DNA of 64,000 bases, taken from positions 1-64,000 of the IMG/VR virus record IMGVR_UViG_3300012007_000009. The stretch is one strand, 5' to 3'. Source of the DNA: a virus (lineage: Duplodnaviria; Caudoviricetes). The translations under genes were made by a program, and so were the position numbers. This document shows, in pieces, positions 9,332 through 17,726 of this stretch. Numbering within the stretch: position 1 is the first letter of the stretch; each line of letters begins with the position of its first letter. The notes under the pieces were generated by a model. The model saw only the letters and a program-made list of their open reading frames with translations, had not been told where the DNA came from and did no database searches.

Positions 9332-11292
9332 TCTTCTTCCTTATATAATGCTATACCCACTTTCTTTGCAAACAATCCACATTTTGTCTTGGGCTCACTA
9401 GTTTCTGGACCAATGAATATATAGTTAGGTGCTTTTACATGTTCCTTGATGATTTTTACCCAATCAAGAAACGAAATATCAGACATCTTATCCGGCGTTC
9501 CCTTCCAATGTTCATATTGCTTACCGAATGGAGGGCATACGACTACGACCTTATCGGTTGTTATTACCTGTGCCGTCACATCCCGCTGCTGCCAGCCATA
9601 CCACTTACAAAAGTATGGATTTATATCATATGCTTCAATAATAGGTTTTAACTTTCGTTTACTGAACCAACGTTTAGTCCCCTCAATAATTCCACCAAAG
9701 CCAGCCATTGGGCAATATACTCCTGCACTAAGGTCAATATTTGCCGATTCTATTATCTTCAGTAAATCGGTATATTTCAACGCGGTTACCTTCGGGGCAA
9801 ACTTTGCCACGGTGAACCGGTTCAGTATAAGTCGACTAAGCGGTACCACATCATTATATAGCTCACGCAATGCGGCAATGTTCCTCCGACAAAAGCTATG
9901 ATACTTATACTGTGCTATACTGCTGGTTGTAACATTTATCAGATTGCGCACTGCATTACGAAATATGTGTTCGTTAGCCCATGCCTCCCGAGGTGATGAA
10001 TGTCCCGGAACATAGCAATCCCATATTGGATGATTTGCAGGCCATTTATCTGTCCCAGGGAATGCCGTTCCGAAGCACTTAGCTATGATGTCATCCTCCG
10101 TAATGCTAACCCCATAAAACACCTTTAATAGACCAAATAGTGTAGTGTCCGTTACAATATGAACATTGTTTGCAAGCATGCATTGATGCTTTGCTTCATA
10201 TATATCATCAAGCGAATGGTCATATGGATTTACCATACACTGATTGACGTCCTTGTTATTAAAAAACTGCATGCCCTTCACTTCATATAATACACCATCT
10301 ATCGAAAAGTCCGGTTCATAACAATGTTCCTTCTCTCTGGCTAGATAAGTAAACCTTACGTCAGGATGCAAAATAGCGTCTTTCCCACATATTCTAGCAA
10401 AGTTATAAAGATTTATTTCATCCAAGCTGTCAAATCCTATACCATCTTGCATATATTTCTTTTTTCTTCGCTTAGCAAACTCGATTGAATGTGAGAAGTG
10501 GTCAACCCCATACTTATTCATCAAAGTTTTCTTTGTCTTTGGCAACTGGAAGCCATTGGCAGTGCCATATTTCTTTCGAGTAGTTTCAATACATTTCTTG
10601 CGACTTTCGGTCGATTGCCAATTATGCTTAACGCCATACCGTTTAAGCATCGTAGCTTCGCGCTTTCGAGCAATTGCTTGCTTTTCTTCCGGGGTAAAAC
10701 TCTGTACTCGTGCAACAGCTTTTTTTCTGTATTCCGGGTTGTTCATAGCATTATGCCGACTGCGCATCTCCGAAGTACACTCCGGTGAGCCACATGTATT
10801 ATGGTACCGAACCCCTTTCCACTTAGCCCGTTGGCCACATATTTCACAGTATTCAACCTTTACACCAAAGTACTTAATATAATATTCTTCCGTGCTTAGT
10901 TGTCCATGCAACTTCTTTAGGTGAGCATTCAGTTTATTCTGTAGCAAAAAACCTTTCCCACAAAACTCGCAATGGTATTTATAGCCTATACTAGGCTTAT
11001 CGATTTTTCTACTTTTTTCCGGTCGGCAGCATTCTTTGCCGTACTTTTCTACCATATGCATATGTTGTAACTTCCGCACACAGGTTGGATTACCACATGT
11101 ATCTCTATATCCAGTATGATTACTGAACCCACATTCGTTACCGCATATCGGACATAATGGATGCGTTCCGGGACCTATATAAGTATCGTAGTAATCCTTG
11201 TACTTTATCTTATGAGTACGCTGAATATGATTGGTCATACCATTTAACCCATATTCCGCTCCGCATATAGCGCATTTGTATATCAACTTCAT
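9328..11292 (-). CDS. Free-standing homing-endonuclease-like protein: Zn fingers + KYG repeats + PD-(D/E)xK nuclease + methyltransferase-like C-terminus
   Basis: CAICG..HIQRTH and CEFCG..HLKKLH; KRYGV/KKYGT/NKYGV repeats; YEPDF..LYEVKG; CPMAGFGG, AYDIN, VCPPF. Strongly AT-rich. Confidence 0.7.
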   Translation of the reverse strand: MKLIYKCAICGAEYGLNGMTNHIQRTHKIKYKDYYDTYIGPGTHPLCPICGNECGFSNHTGYRDTCGNPTCVRKLQHMHMVEKYGKECCRPEKSRKIDKPSIGYKYHCEFCGKGFLLQNKLNAHLKKLHGQLSTEEYYIKYFGVKVEYCEICGQRAKWKGVRYHNTCGSPECTSEMRSRHNAMNNPEYRKKAVARVQSFTPEEKQAIARKREATMLKRYGVKHNWQSTESRKKCIETTRKKYGTANGFQLPKTKKTLMNKYGVDHFSHSIEFAKRRKKKYMQDGIGFDSLDEINLYNFARICGKDAILHPDVRFTYLAREKEHCYEPDFSIDGVLYEVKGMQFFNNKDVNQCMVNPYDHSLDDIYEAKHQCMLANNVHIVTDTTLFGLLKVFYGVSITEDDIIAKCFGTAFPGTDKWPANHPIWDCYVPGHSSPREAWANEHIFRNAVRNLINVTTSSIAQYKYHSFCRRNIAALRELYNDVVPLSRLILNRFTVAKFAPKVTALKYTDLLKIIESANIDLSAGVYCPMAGFGGIIEGTKRWFSKRKLKPIIEAYDINPYFCKWYGWQQRDVTAQVITTDKVVVVCPPFGKQYEHWKGTPDKMSDISFLDWVKIIKEHVKAPNYIFIGPETSEPKTKCGLFAKKVGIALYKEEE

Positions 11293-11305
11293 AGGTTCCT
11301 CGCAT

Positions 11306-11337
11306 AAAAAATGCCGGTACTGTAAGTGCCGGCATTT
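11306..11337 (-). terminator. Intrinsic terminator after nrdD
   Basis: AAATGCCGGTAC/GTGCCGGCATTT stem with a T tract on the minus strand. Confidence 0.7.
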
Positions 11338-11348
11338 ACTAGTAACAA

Positions 11349-13895
11349 CTAGATATTATGTCGGTCCACCAGTTCAGCTAGTTTACCATCACCCCATGAT
11401 TTTAATATAGTTTTTCTTGGAGAACCTGTCAAATAACCGGTGATGCGCCTTACACGAACGAACATATTTTCATCCTTGCAACTACACTTCGGACACTCGT
11501 TATCGATGATGCCGTGGAATCCGCATTCAACACAATCATCCGAATCCATCGTCACCGTGAAATAACCAAGGTTCCCATCGTACATGGCATCAATAGCCGC
11601 CTTCACCGCGACGGTATTCTTAGTCAGGTCGCCATTCAGCTTGTAGTAGAAGATGTGGCCAGCATTGGTCAGTTCATGGAACGGAGCCTCGAGCTTAATC
11701 TTGTTCTCAAGGGAAGTGTCGAGGGAGAAGTCCATCATGTGGCTGTTGGTGTAGTAGCCCTTACCAAACAGGCGGTCCAGGTCTACGTCGGAAAGGCGTT
11801 TGTCCTTGGCGGCCAGTATAGGCTTCCCGTCCTCGCCGGTGAGTACCGTCGCGAACTTGTTCTTGTCGATGGTAGCGAACCTTCCGGCAACTGCTTCGGC
11901 CGGCGTAGCGAACGTACTCCAGTTGAGGTGAGTCTCCTTCTGGACAGCATCGGTAAATTCCCTTATATGCTTCACGATTGATATGGAAAAATCGTCAACA
12001 TCGTGGTCGATGCCGAATGTTTTGCCGGTAATCAGCTTGACCGTCTCGGCAATACCGACATATCCTATACTCAATGTAGACTGCTTGAGAACATCAACAA
12101 TCTTATCACTCATCTTGTGCGGAGCATCGTCAGAAGTAAGGTACAGTCCCTGCTGCATGGTGAACGGGAACTTCTCGTATGTCTTTTCACAGATGAGCCT
12201 GAATCGTTCAAGGAGGCTTCCCTTGGCGTCGTCGAGCATACCGTCGAGCTTCTCGAAGAACAGTGCCTTTCGCTTCTCGATATCGCTTTCGGCGATGTGG
12301 GATTCGATGGCAAGACGCGGAAGATTGATTGTATGGAAAGCGAAGTTTCCTCTTGCCGTAGTCTGCTGCGGACCGTTGATGTTGCCGATGACACGGGTAC
12401 GGCATCCCATTGTAGAGATGGTAGAGTTAGGAATCAGCTTGCGAAGATGCAACTTACCGCCCTTGTACTCGGTAACTTCCCAGAAGTCACCGGGAGCCAC
12501 CTCGTATTCCCACTCGGTATATTCGGTAGGTTCAACCGAAGTCAAGTACGCCGTCTCGTTTGTACCGCGTTTCTTGAATGTCAAGCCGGTATCGGTAGAA
12601 AATTCCACAACCTGTTCATTATATCTCACATATGGCTTGTTGAAAGTGGAATCAACTGAGACAAAGTTCGGGTAGAACCTGCGGGCCAGGCAGTCGATTG
12701 CCTGTAGGTACAAGTCGTAGTTCGGGTCGGTCTCGTTCTTGGTGTAACCCTTCATGAGCTTAAAAATCAATATCGGGAAGATGGCAGTCAGCCCGTCGCC
12801 CATTCCCTCGTACTGGGCCCTCATGATATTCTTGCTTACCATACGGCCGCAGTTGGACGTATCAAGTCCGAAGTTCAATGACGAAAACGGAACCTGGTTT
12901 CCGGAACGGCTCTGCAATGAGTTCAGGTTATGAACCAGGGCCTCCATTGCCTGATGGGTGTCATCGTCGGTCGCATCCAGTGCATTCTTCACGCATACGC
13001 AGGGGAACATTTCGCAAAGGTAACCTTCCGGCTGGTTCATGGAGATTGCCTGTAGCTTCTTGACCAGTTCCTTCTTCACCTTCTTGAAGTCGCCTGCCCA
13101 TTCGGCCATCTTCGGGTCACCCGTGTAGTTGGCGAAGCGATTCAATTCCCTAGCCAGATTCTTCCTGAAGGAGATGTCGACGAACGGCGCAAGGTCGAAG
13201 TCGAAGTTGTCGCATGCGATGCCGCCATACTGCTGGTTAGACTGCAGCTGGAGAATAACAGCCGTCAAAGCGGCTGCCGACTGGATGCTCCCGGCTGGAC
13301 GCTGGAAACCTGTACCAGAATCAAACCCGCTTTTCAGCAGCTTGCCAACGGGGGCGAAGAGACAGTTGAACGTCAGGTTGTACATGTTCAGGTCGTGTAT
13401 GTGGAGATACCCGTCCTTGTGTTCCTTTGCGTACTTCCTGCTTACGTTGTTGAGCAGGTTGTACATCTTGTTCGTCTCGGAAGCAATCTTTGAGTAGGTG
13501 CCGGCCGGAGTAGCCCCGGATTCGTTGGCGTTGTCCCTAAGGATATTCGAGCTCTTCAATTCGGACTCGGTAATCTCCTTGATTGTCTTGATAATCTCGG
13601 ATTCGTTGGTCCTGTCGCGGTCACGGTCGTGACGGAACTCGATGAAGGCCCTCGCCGTGTCCTTGAACCCCCAGTCCATGAGGGTGTTCTCGATTGTGTC
13701 CTGAATCTTGTTTACGTGTACGGACTTGGCCCCGTTCGCCGAGATGGTATCGACCACCTTTCCTACCAGTTCATCAAGTTGTTCGTCAGTGTATTTCTCC
13801 TTGCTGTCCTTGAAAGCCGCCCTGATGGCGTCGTATATGTGCTTCTGGTCGAAATTCTTCCTTCTCTTGTCCTTCTTCGTAACGTAGGTAAGCAT
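11349..13895 (-). CDS. nrdD: Class III (anaerobic) ribonucleoside-triphosphate reductase
   Basis: N-terminal ATP cone, HIHD, FNC, MGCRTR, ATPAE, YYTNSH, Zn ribbon, glycyl radical motif RITGYL. Confidence 0.97.
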   Translation of the reverse strand: MLTYVTKKDKRRKNFDQKHIYDAIRAAFKDSKEKYTDEQLDELVGKVVDTISANGAKSVHVNKIQDTIENTLMDWGFKDTARAFIEFRHDRDRDRTNESEIIKTIKEITESELKSSNILRDNANESGATPAGTYSKIASETNKMYNLLNNVSRKYAKEHKDGYLHIHDLNMYNLTFNCLFAPVGKLLKSGFDSGTGFQRPAGSIQSAAALTAVILQLQSNQQYGGIACDNFDFDLAPFVDISFRKNLARELNRFANYTGDPKMAEWAGDFKKVKKELVKKLQAISMNQPEGYLCEMFPCVCVKNALDATDDDTHQAMEALVHNLNSLQSRSGNQVPFSSLNFGLDTSNCGRMVSKNIMRAQYEGMGDGLTAIFPILIFKLMKGYTKNETDPNYDLYLQAIDCLARRFYPNFVSVDSTFNKPYVRYNEQVVEFSTDTGLTFKKRGTNETAYLTSVEPTEYTEWEYEVAPGDFWEVTEYKGGKLHLRKLIPNSTISTMGCRTRVIGNINGPQQTTARGNFAFHTINLPRLAIESHIAESDIEKRKALFFEKLDGMLDDAKGSLLERFRLICEKTYEKFPFTMQQGLYLTSDDAPHKMSDKIVDVLKQSTLSIGYVGIAETVKLITGKTFGIDHDVDDFSISIVKHIREFTDAVQKETHLNWSTFATPAEAVAGRFATIDKNKFATVLTGEDGKPILAAKDKRLSDVDLDRLFGKGYYTNSHMMDFSLDTSLENKIKLEAPFHELTNAGHIFYYKLNGDLTKNTVAVKAAIDAMYDGNLGYFTVTMDSDDCVECGFHGIIDNECPKCSCKDENMFVRVRRITGYLTGSPRKTILKSWGDGKLAELVDRHNI

Positions 13896-13969
13896 GCCTT
13901 TTCCTCTTGTTCCTCTTAATCGAGCGGTATTCGTTTATAGGTTTCCGCCATCAGGAAAAAATACTGAAA

Positions 13970-14017
13970 ATCCTCCAGATGGTGGTTTTTCGTGCCTACT
14001 TCCACAATATGTTGTGT
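13970..14017. promoter_or_regulatory. Tandem NrdR-box-like operators
   Basis: CCACAATATGTTGTGT (14002-14017) matches acaCwAtATaTwGtgt at 14/16. A weaker box lies 32 bp away (13970-13985). Confidence 0.7.
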
Positions 14018-14050
14018 TTTCGGCACTTTCAGAAAAAACTTATTTTTTGC

Positions 14051-15700
14051 TTACATCGTAATATCATCCTCATGATTTTTCGATGCAGGCGAAGGCGAGT
14101 TTATTGGTTTTCCCGGGGAAGTTTCCCTGACCGAAGGCGGTGGTCCGTCCACTATGTGCCCGTCGTCCCTGGCCACCATCCTTGCGTACTTTATCGTCGA
14201 TATCCTCCTGGATACCATCTCCCGGAAAGTCCCCACATCTCCCGTGCCTTCCGAGTACCTTACCATGTCGCCGACCACGCCTGAGATGTAGGCGTGGGTA
14301 AGGTGAGCCTTGAACACCAGCTCGCAGGCCTCGGCGAACTCGGGGTTGCTTGCGTCGACCCAGTCGGGCTTCGCCTTTCCGAGGTGCCTGTACGACTGTT
14401 CAACGACGTCGCACACCCCCTCGACAGTATCCGGGTTCTTCACGTAGATGATGTCGTCTATTCTCCCGGGGCGAAGCTTGATTGTGCTGTGGAGCTTCTG
14501 CGGTTCGTTGATGATGAGGATGGTTATTCCCCTATACTTGGGGGAGTTTGTCTCGTCTATGTAGTTGATGAACGCACCGGTAAGGTCGTTCTTGGTTGCA
14601 AAGTCGTTGCCGTCGAAGTCGTCGAACACGAAGAACGAGCCCGGGAACATGTTCAGCACCCTGAACACGTTGTCCATCCCGCGACGGTCGCAGATTGAAT
14701 CCGGGGAAATCCAGAACACCGGTACGTCGGTGAAGTCCATGAGGAGCCTGTTCACGGAAATGGTCTTGCCGGTACCCTGGTCGCCCTGCACGATGTATCC
14801 CCTGCGGCCCTTCGTATCGAGAACCTTCCGGATGAATGCGGATTCCGACGCCATGGTCCTCAGGGGTTTCCCGGTAGCGTCGTACATGTCGAAGTTCCTT
14901 ACCTCGAAGTCCACGTTTACCCTTGGCTCGACATACAGCGTGCCGCCCTTAATCCTGACTATGTTCTTCGTTATGTCTATACGGTCGATGTACATCCCGT
15001 AAATTATCGATGGAATCGCCCACAGCAGGTCCATGTTGCACTCGGTGCCGTGCATGCCGTAGTTCATGTAGGAGTACCCGTCCTCGGAAATCCGGTCTCC
15101 CTTGTGCTTGGAATCGTAGTAGCCGACCTCGAAGCCGACCCTGTACTTGCTCCCTTCCCACGACACTTCCGCGTCTACCATGAACACTATCGGTTCGTTG
15201 TCTGGAGTGCCGTTCTGTTCCTCCTGGCGTTGAACCTTGATGAAACGGAAGCCGTACTTGGCCTGTTCCTTCTCGGTAAGCCCGAGGAACGTCTCGCATA
15301 TGCTAGCCGTCGCCTCGATGGAGTCCGTCATCAGCTCGATACCGCGCCCCTTTCCCATGAAGGCGGCAAGCTCGTCGAACGGGCTATGTATCTCGTGCCG
15401 CGCGGCGATGAATACGTTGTTCGCTACGGTGGTGGCCCTTACCAGGCCGAAGCCGGTCTCCAGCAATCCAAGGTATGCGTGCAGGACCCTGTTGTCGGTG
15501 TTCGCCCTCACCAGTTCGGCTATCGTCGAGAGGAACCCGCCGGCCGCGTTGACCAGCTTCTCCGAGTTCGACTTCACCACGTTCTTCAGGTAGGCCAGCT
15601 TCTCCCTGGCCTTCATGGTTTTCCACGTCTCGGCGTCAATCTCTATCTTGACGAGAAGGTCGGAAAGGCCCCCGTCGTTGCTGTTGGTATTGTCGGCCAT
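14051..15700 (-). CDS. AAA+ ATPase, paralog of 3413..5080
   Basis: GDQGTGKT, FVFDDFD, LRPGRID. Confidence 0.85.
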   Translation of the reverse strand: MADNTNSNDGGLSDLLVKIEIDAETWKTMKAREKLAYLKNVVKSNSEKLVNAAGGFLSTIAELVRANTDNRVLHAYLGLLETGFGLVRATTVANNVFIAARHEIHSPFDELAAFMGKGRGIELMTDSIEATASICETFLGLTEKEQAKYGFRFIKVQRQEEQNGTPDNEPIVFMVDAEVSWEGSKYRVGFEVGYYDSKHKGDRISEDGYSYMNYGMHGTECNMDLLWAIPSIIYGMYIDRIDITKNIVRIKGGTLYVEPRVNVDFEVRNFDMYDATGKPLRTMASESAFIRKVLDTKGRRGYIVQGDQGTGKTISVNRLLMDFTDVPVFWISPDSICDRRGMDNVFRVLNMFPGSFFVFDDFDGNDFATKNDLTGAFINYIDETNSPKYRGITILIINEPQKLHSTIKLRPGRIDDIIYVKNPDTVEGVCDVVEQSYRHLGKAKPDWVDASNPEFAEACELVFKAHLTHAYISGVVGDMVRYSEGTGDVGTFREMVSRRISTIKYARMVARDDGHIVDGPPPSVRETSPGKPINSPSPASKNHEDDITM

Positions 15701-15886
15701 CTATTCTTCCTCCGGCACGCCCGTTATTTCCGGTTCCTCACCGAAGTCGAACGTGTCCTCGCGCATCTCCTTCGAGCCGCCGTACTTCCACGTCCTGTAC
15801 GCTATCCTCGCCAGGTTGAGCCCGAACAGTACGAACAGTCCAACCTTGACATACTTTACCACACGCAGGTGCATTCCAGAATCCAT
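15701..15886 (-). CDS. Small membrane protein
   Basis: Hydrophobic stretch VGLFVLFGLNLA. Lies between the class A motif and the AAA gene. Confidence 0.55.
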   Translation of the reverse strand: MDSGMHLRVVKYVKVGLFVLFGLNLARIAYRTWKYGGSKEMREDTFDFGEEPEITGVPEEE

Positions 15887-15928
15887 AGTCCAGTTTCCAA
15901 ACACAAATATAGCAACGGGACCGTCCCG

Positions 15929-16624
15929 CTACCTACCTAGAATCTGTATCAAATCGTCGACCGACGGCGGGTCGTACCTCTCCCCCGGAACCAGTTCAAC
16001 CAGTCTCCGGCCCCCGACCGCCGTATGGTACATCGCCATCGAGTGCAGGTATCCCCTCCTGCAGTCGCCCAGGTGGACGACCGTGGGGCATGTCCTGTAC
16101 AGGGCGGAAAGAACCGGGAGACCAGGCGACGGCAGCAGCTCGACCTCGTTGTCCGCCGAAAGCTCCCCGGCCACGGCCTCCGATATGCCAGTATTGCCGG
16201 GAATCGCGACGGCTACCCGCTTGCCCTCCAGGCCTGCCGCCGCAAGGGCTTCCTTCCAATCGGCACCGGCCGGGCACCTTCCCCCGACCACGGCGTCATA
16301 CCTCGCCGATGCCGGCATGCGGCACATGTCCTCCGGGCGTAGCGGGTATCCCGGCAGGTTCACCGTGCACCCCGGGATATCCCCGAGGCCTACGCGGAGT
16401 ATGCGCCGTTCCTTTATGGCGTATTCCAGGCCGTCGTGTATCACGGCGCAGGTGACGTTCGCCCCGGGAGGGACGACGCACTTGCCGTCCGCTGCCTGCA
16501 CCAGGCAACCCAGGGTGCTCCCCGGGAACCAGTATTCTCCCCCGACCCTCCCGGCTACCGCCATGGAGATAATGTCGAGCTTGGAGTCCCACTCAGGGCG
16601 GGTATCCCTTACGAAGCAGCGCAT
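15929..16624 (-). CDS. Hypothetical protein, possibly a degenerate GT-B glycosyltransferase
   Basis: LSALYRTCPTVVHLG..GYLHSMAM resembles the GT4 C-terminal motif. Very GC-rich. Confidence 0.4.
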   Translation of the reverse strand: MRCFVRDTRPEWDSKLDIISMAVAGRVGGEYWFPGSTLGCLVQAADGKCVVPPGANVTCAVIHDGLEYAIKERRILRVGLGDIPGCTVNLPGYPLRPEDMCRMPASARYDAVVGGRCPAGADWKEALAAAGLEGKRVAVAIPGNTGISEAVAGELSADNEVELLPSPGLPVLSALYRTCPTVVHLGDCRRGYLHSMAMYHTAVGGRRLVELVPGERYDPPSVDDLIQILGR

Positions 16625-17649
16625 TCTTCCCGTGCCCTCCCGTACCATGCGGCTATCCGCCCGGTTATTTCCGACGGCATGTTCGGTATATGGCTGAGCA
16701 CGTCGTCGACGAACTCGACGATTCCCGCCGCCCCGTCCTCGTTATATACTGCCGTGAGAATCTTGTCGATGTCCATCTTCCCGCTGCGGTCGATGTCGTA
16801 TATCGTCGTGTCGATGTGCAGGGTGGTGCCGCGGACGATTTCCCATATGAGCTGAATCTCCAGCCGGCCCATCTTCTTGTACTTGTCGACAAGCTCCTCC
16901 ATGCTGGCCTTCTTCGCAAGGTAGTCGGAGAAGTCCTCGTCGGACATGCGGCGGACGCAGGCGCACATGACCCTGTTCCTGCGGTAGTTCGGGCTTTCCA
17001 GGTAGGCGTCCGTGTTCACCTTCGGGTGGAACATGTGGTAGGCGGCAGCGGTCGGGTCCGGATTTCGGCGGATTTCGGCCCCGATGCGGCGGAACTTGAA
17101 CATAAACGTGTCATCCTCCGCTCCCCAGCCGGTAAAGTCCTCGTCGAATCCGGCAACCGCATCGAAGGTATTGCGGGTGAACGAGTTGCACAGGCCCGTC
17201 TGTCTGCGGAGAGTCACCCCGTGGTCCTTGTCCCCTCGGAATATGGTACCCGTAGTGACAAGGCGCTTGGTGTCGACCTCGTCCAGGTATAGGGTGTCTC
17301 CGTACGGGAATACCAGGCGATTGTCCCCCGTGTTGGCGATGACGTAATCGGCCAGCTTGCGGGTGAAGTACACGTCGGCATCGACCATGACGTATCCGGA
17401 ATACCCGGGATTGGTGAGCACCGCCCGGTTAAGCAGGGAAGACTTCCGGAAGCTCCCGGTATCCTCTATCAGGGTATGGTTCGCCTGGGCGTTCAGGGTG
17501 GAGAACCATTCTCCGTTTCCCTGTTCGATTACGAGGTGGTCGGCTTCCGGGAATGTGTCGAAAACTGTGCGCATGCAGGCCTGGAGGTTCCTTCTCCGGT
17601 ACTTGTCGCCGGTGTCCTTGAATGCGGTAATTGCGAGAAATTTCTTCAT
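16609..17649 (-). CDS. GT-A glycosyltransferase (GT2 / GT7 C-terminal-like)
   Basis: VIEQ, DAD motif, GFDEDFTGWGAEDD, HMFHP. Confidence 0.88.
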   Translation of the reverse strand: MKKFLAITAFKDTGDKYRRRNLQACMRTVFDTFPEADHLVIEQGNGEWFSTLNAQANHTLIEDTGSFRKSSLLNRAVLTNPGYSGYVMVDADVYFTRKLADYVIANTGDNRLVFPYGDTLYLDEVDTKRLVTTGTIFRGDKDHGVTLRRQTGLCNSFTRNTFDAVAGFDEDFTGWGAEDDTFMFKFRRIGAEIRRNPDPTAAAYHMFHPKVNTDAYLESPNYRRNRVMCACVRRMSDEDFSDYLAKKASMEELVDKYKKMGRLEIQLIWEIVRGTTLHIDTTIYDIDRSGKMDIDKILTAVYNEDGAAGIVEFVDDVLSHIPNMPSEITGRIAAWYGRAREECAAS

Positions 17650-17726
17650 ACTGTATAAACTAGATAATATCGGGAGGTATTTCAAGCGAAAAATACCCCG
17701 AAATCGACAAGGAGTCTCATCCAAGT

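Noticed and set aside
12425-12630. Intein or group I intron in nrdD or the DNA polymerase
   Set aside because: The frames are continuous and the inserts lack C/S...HN termini.
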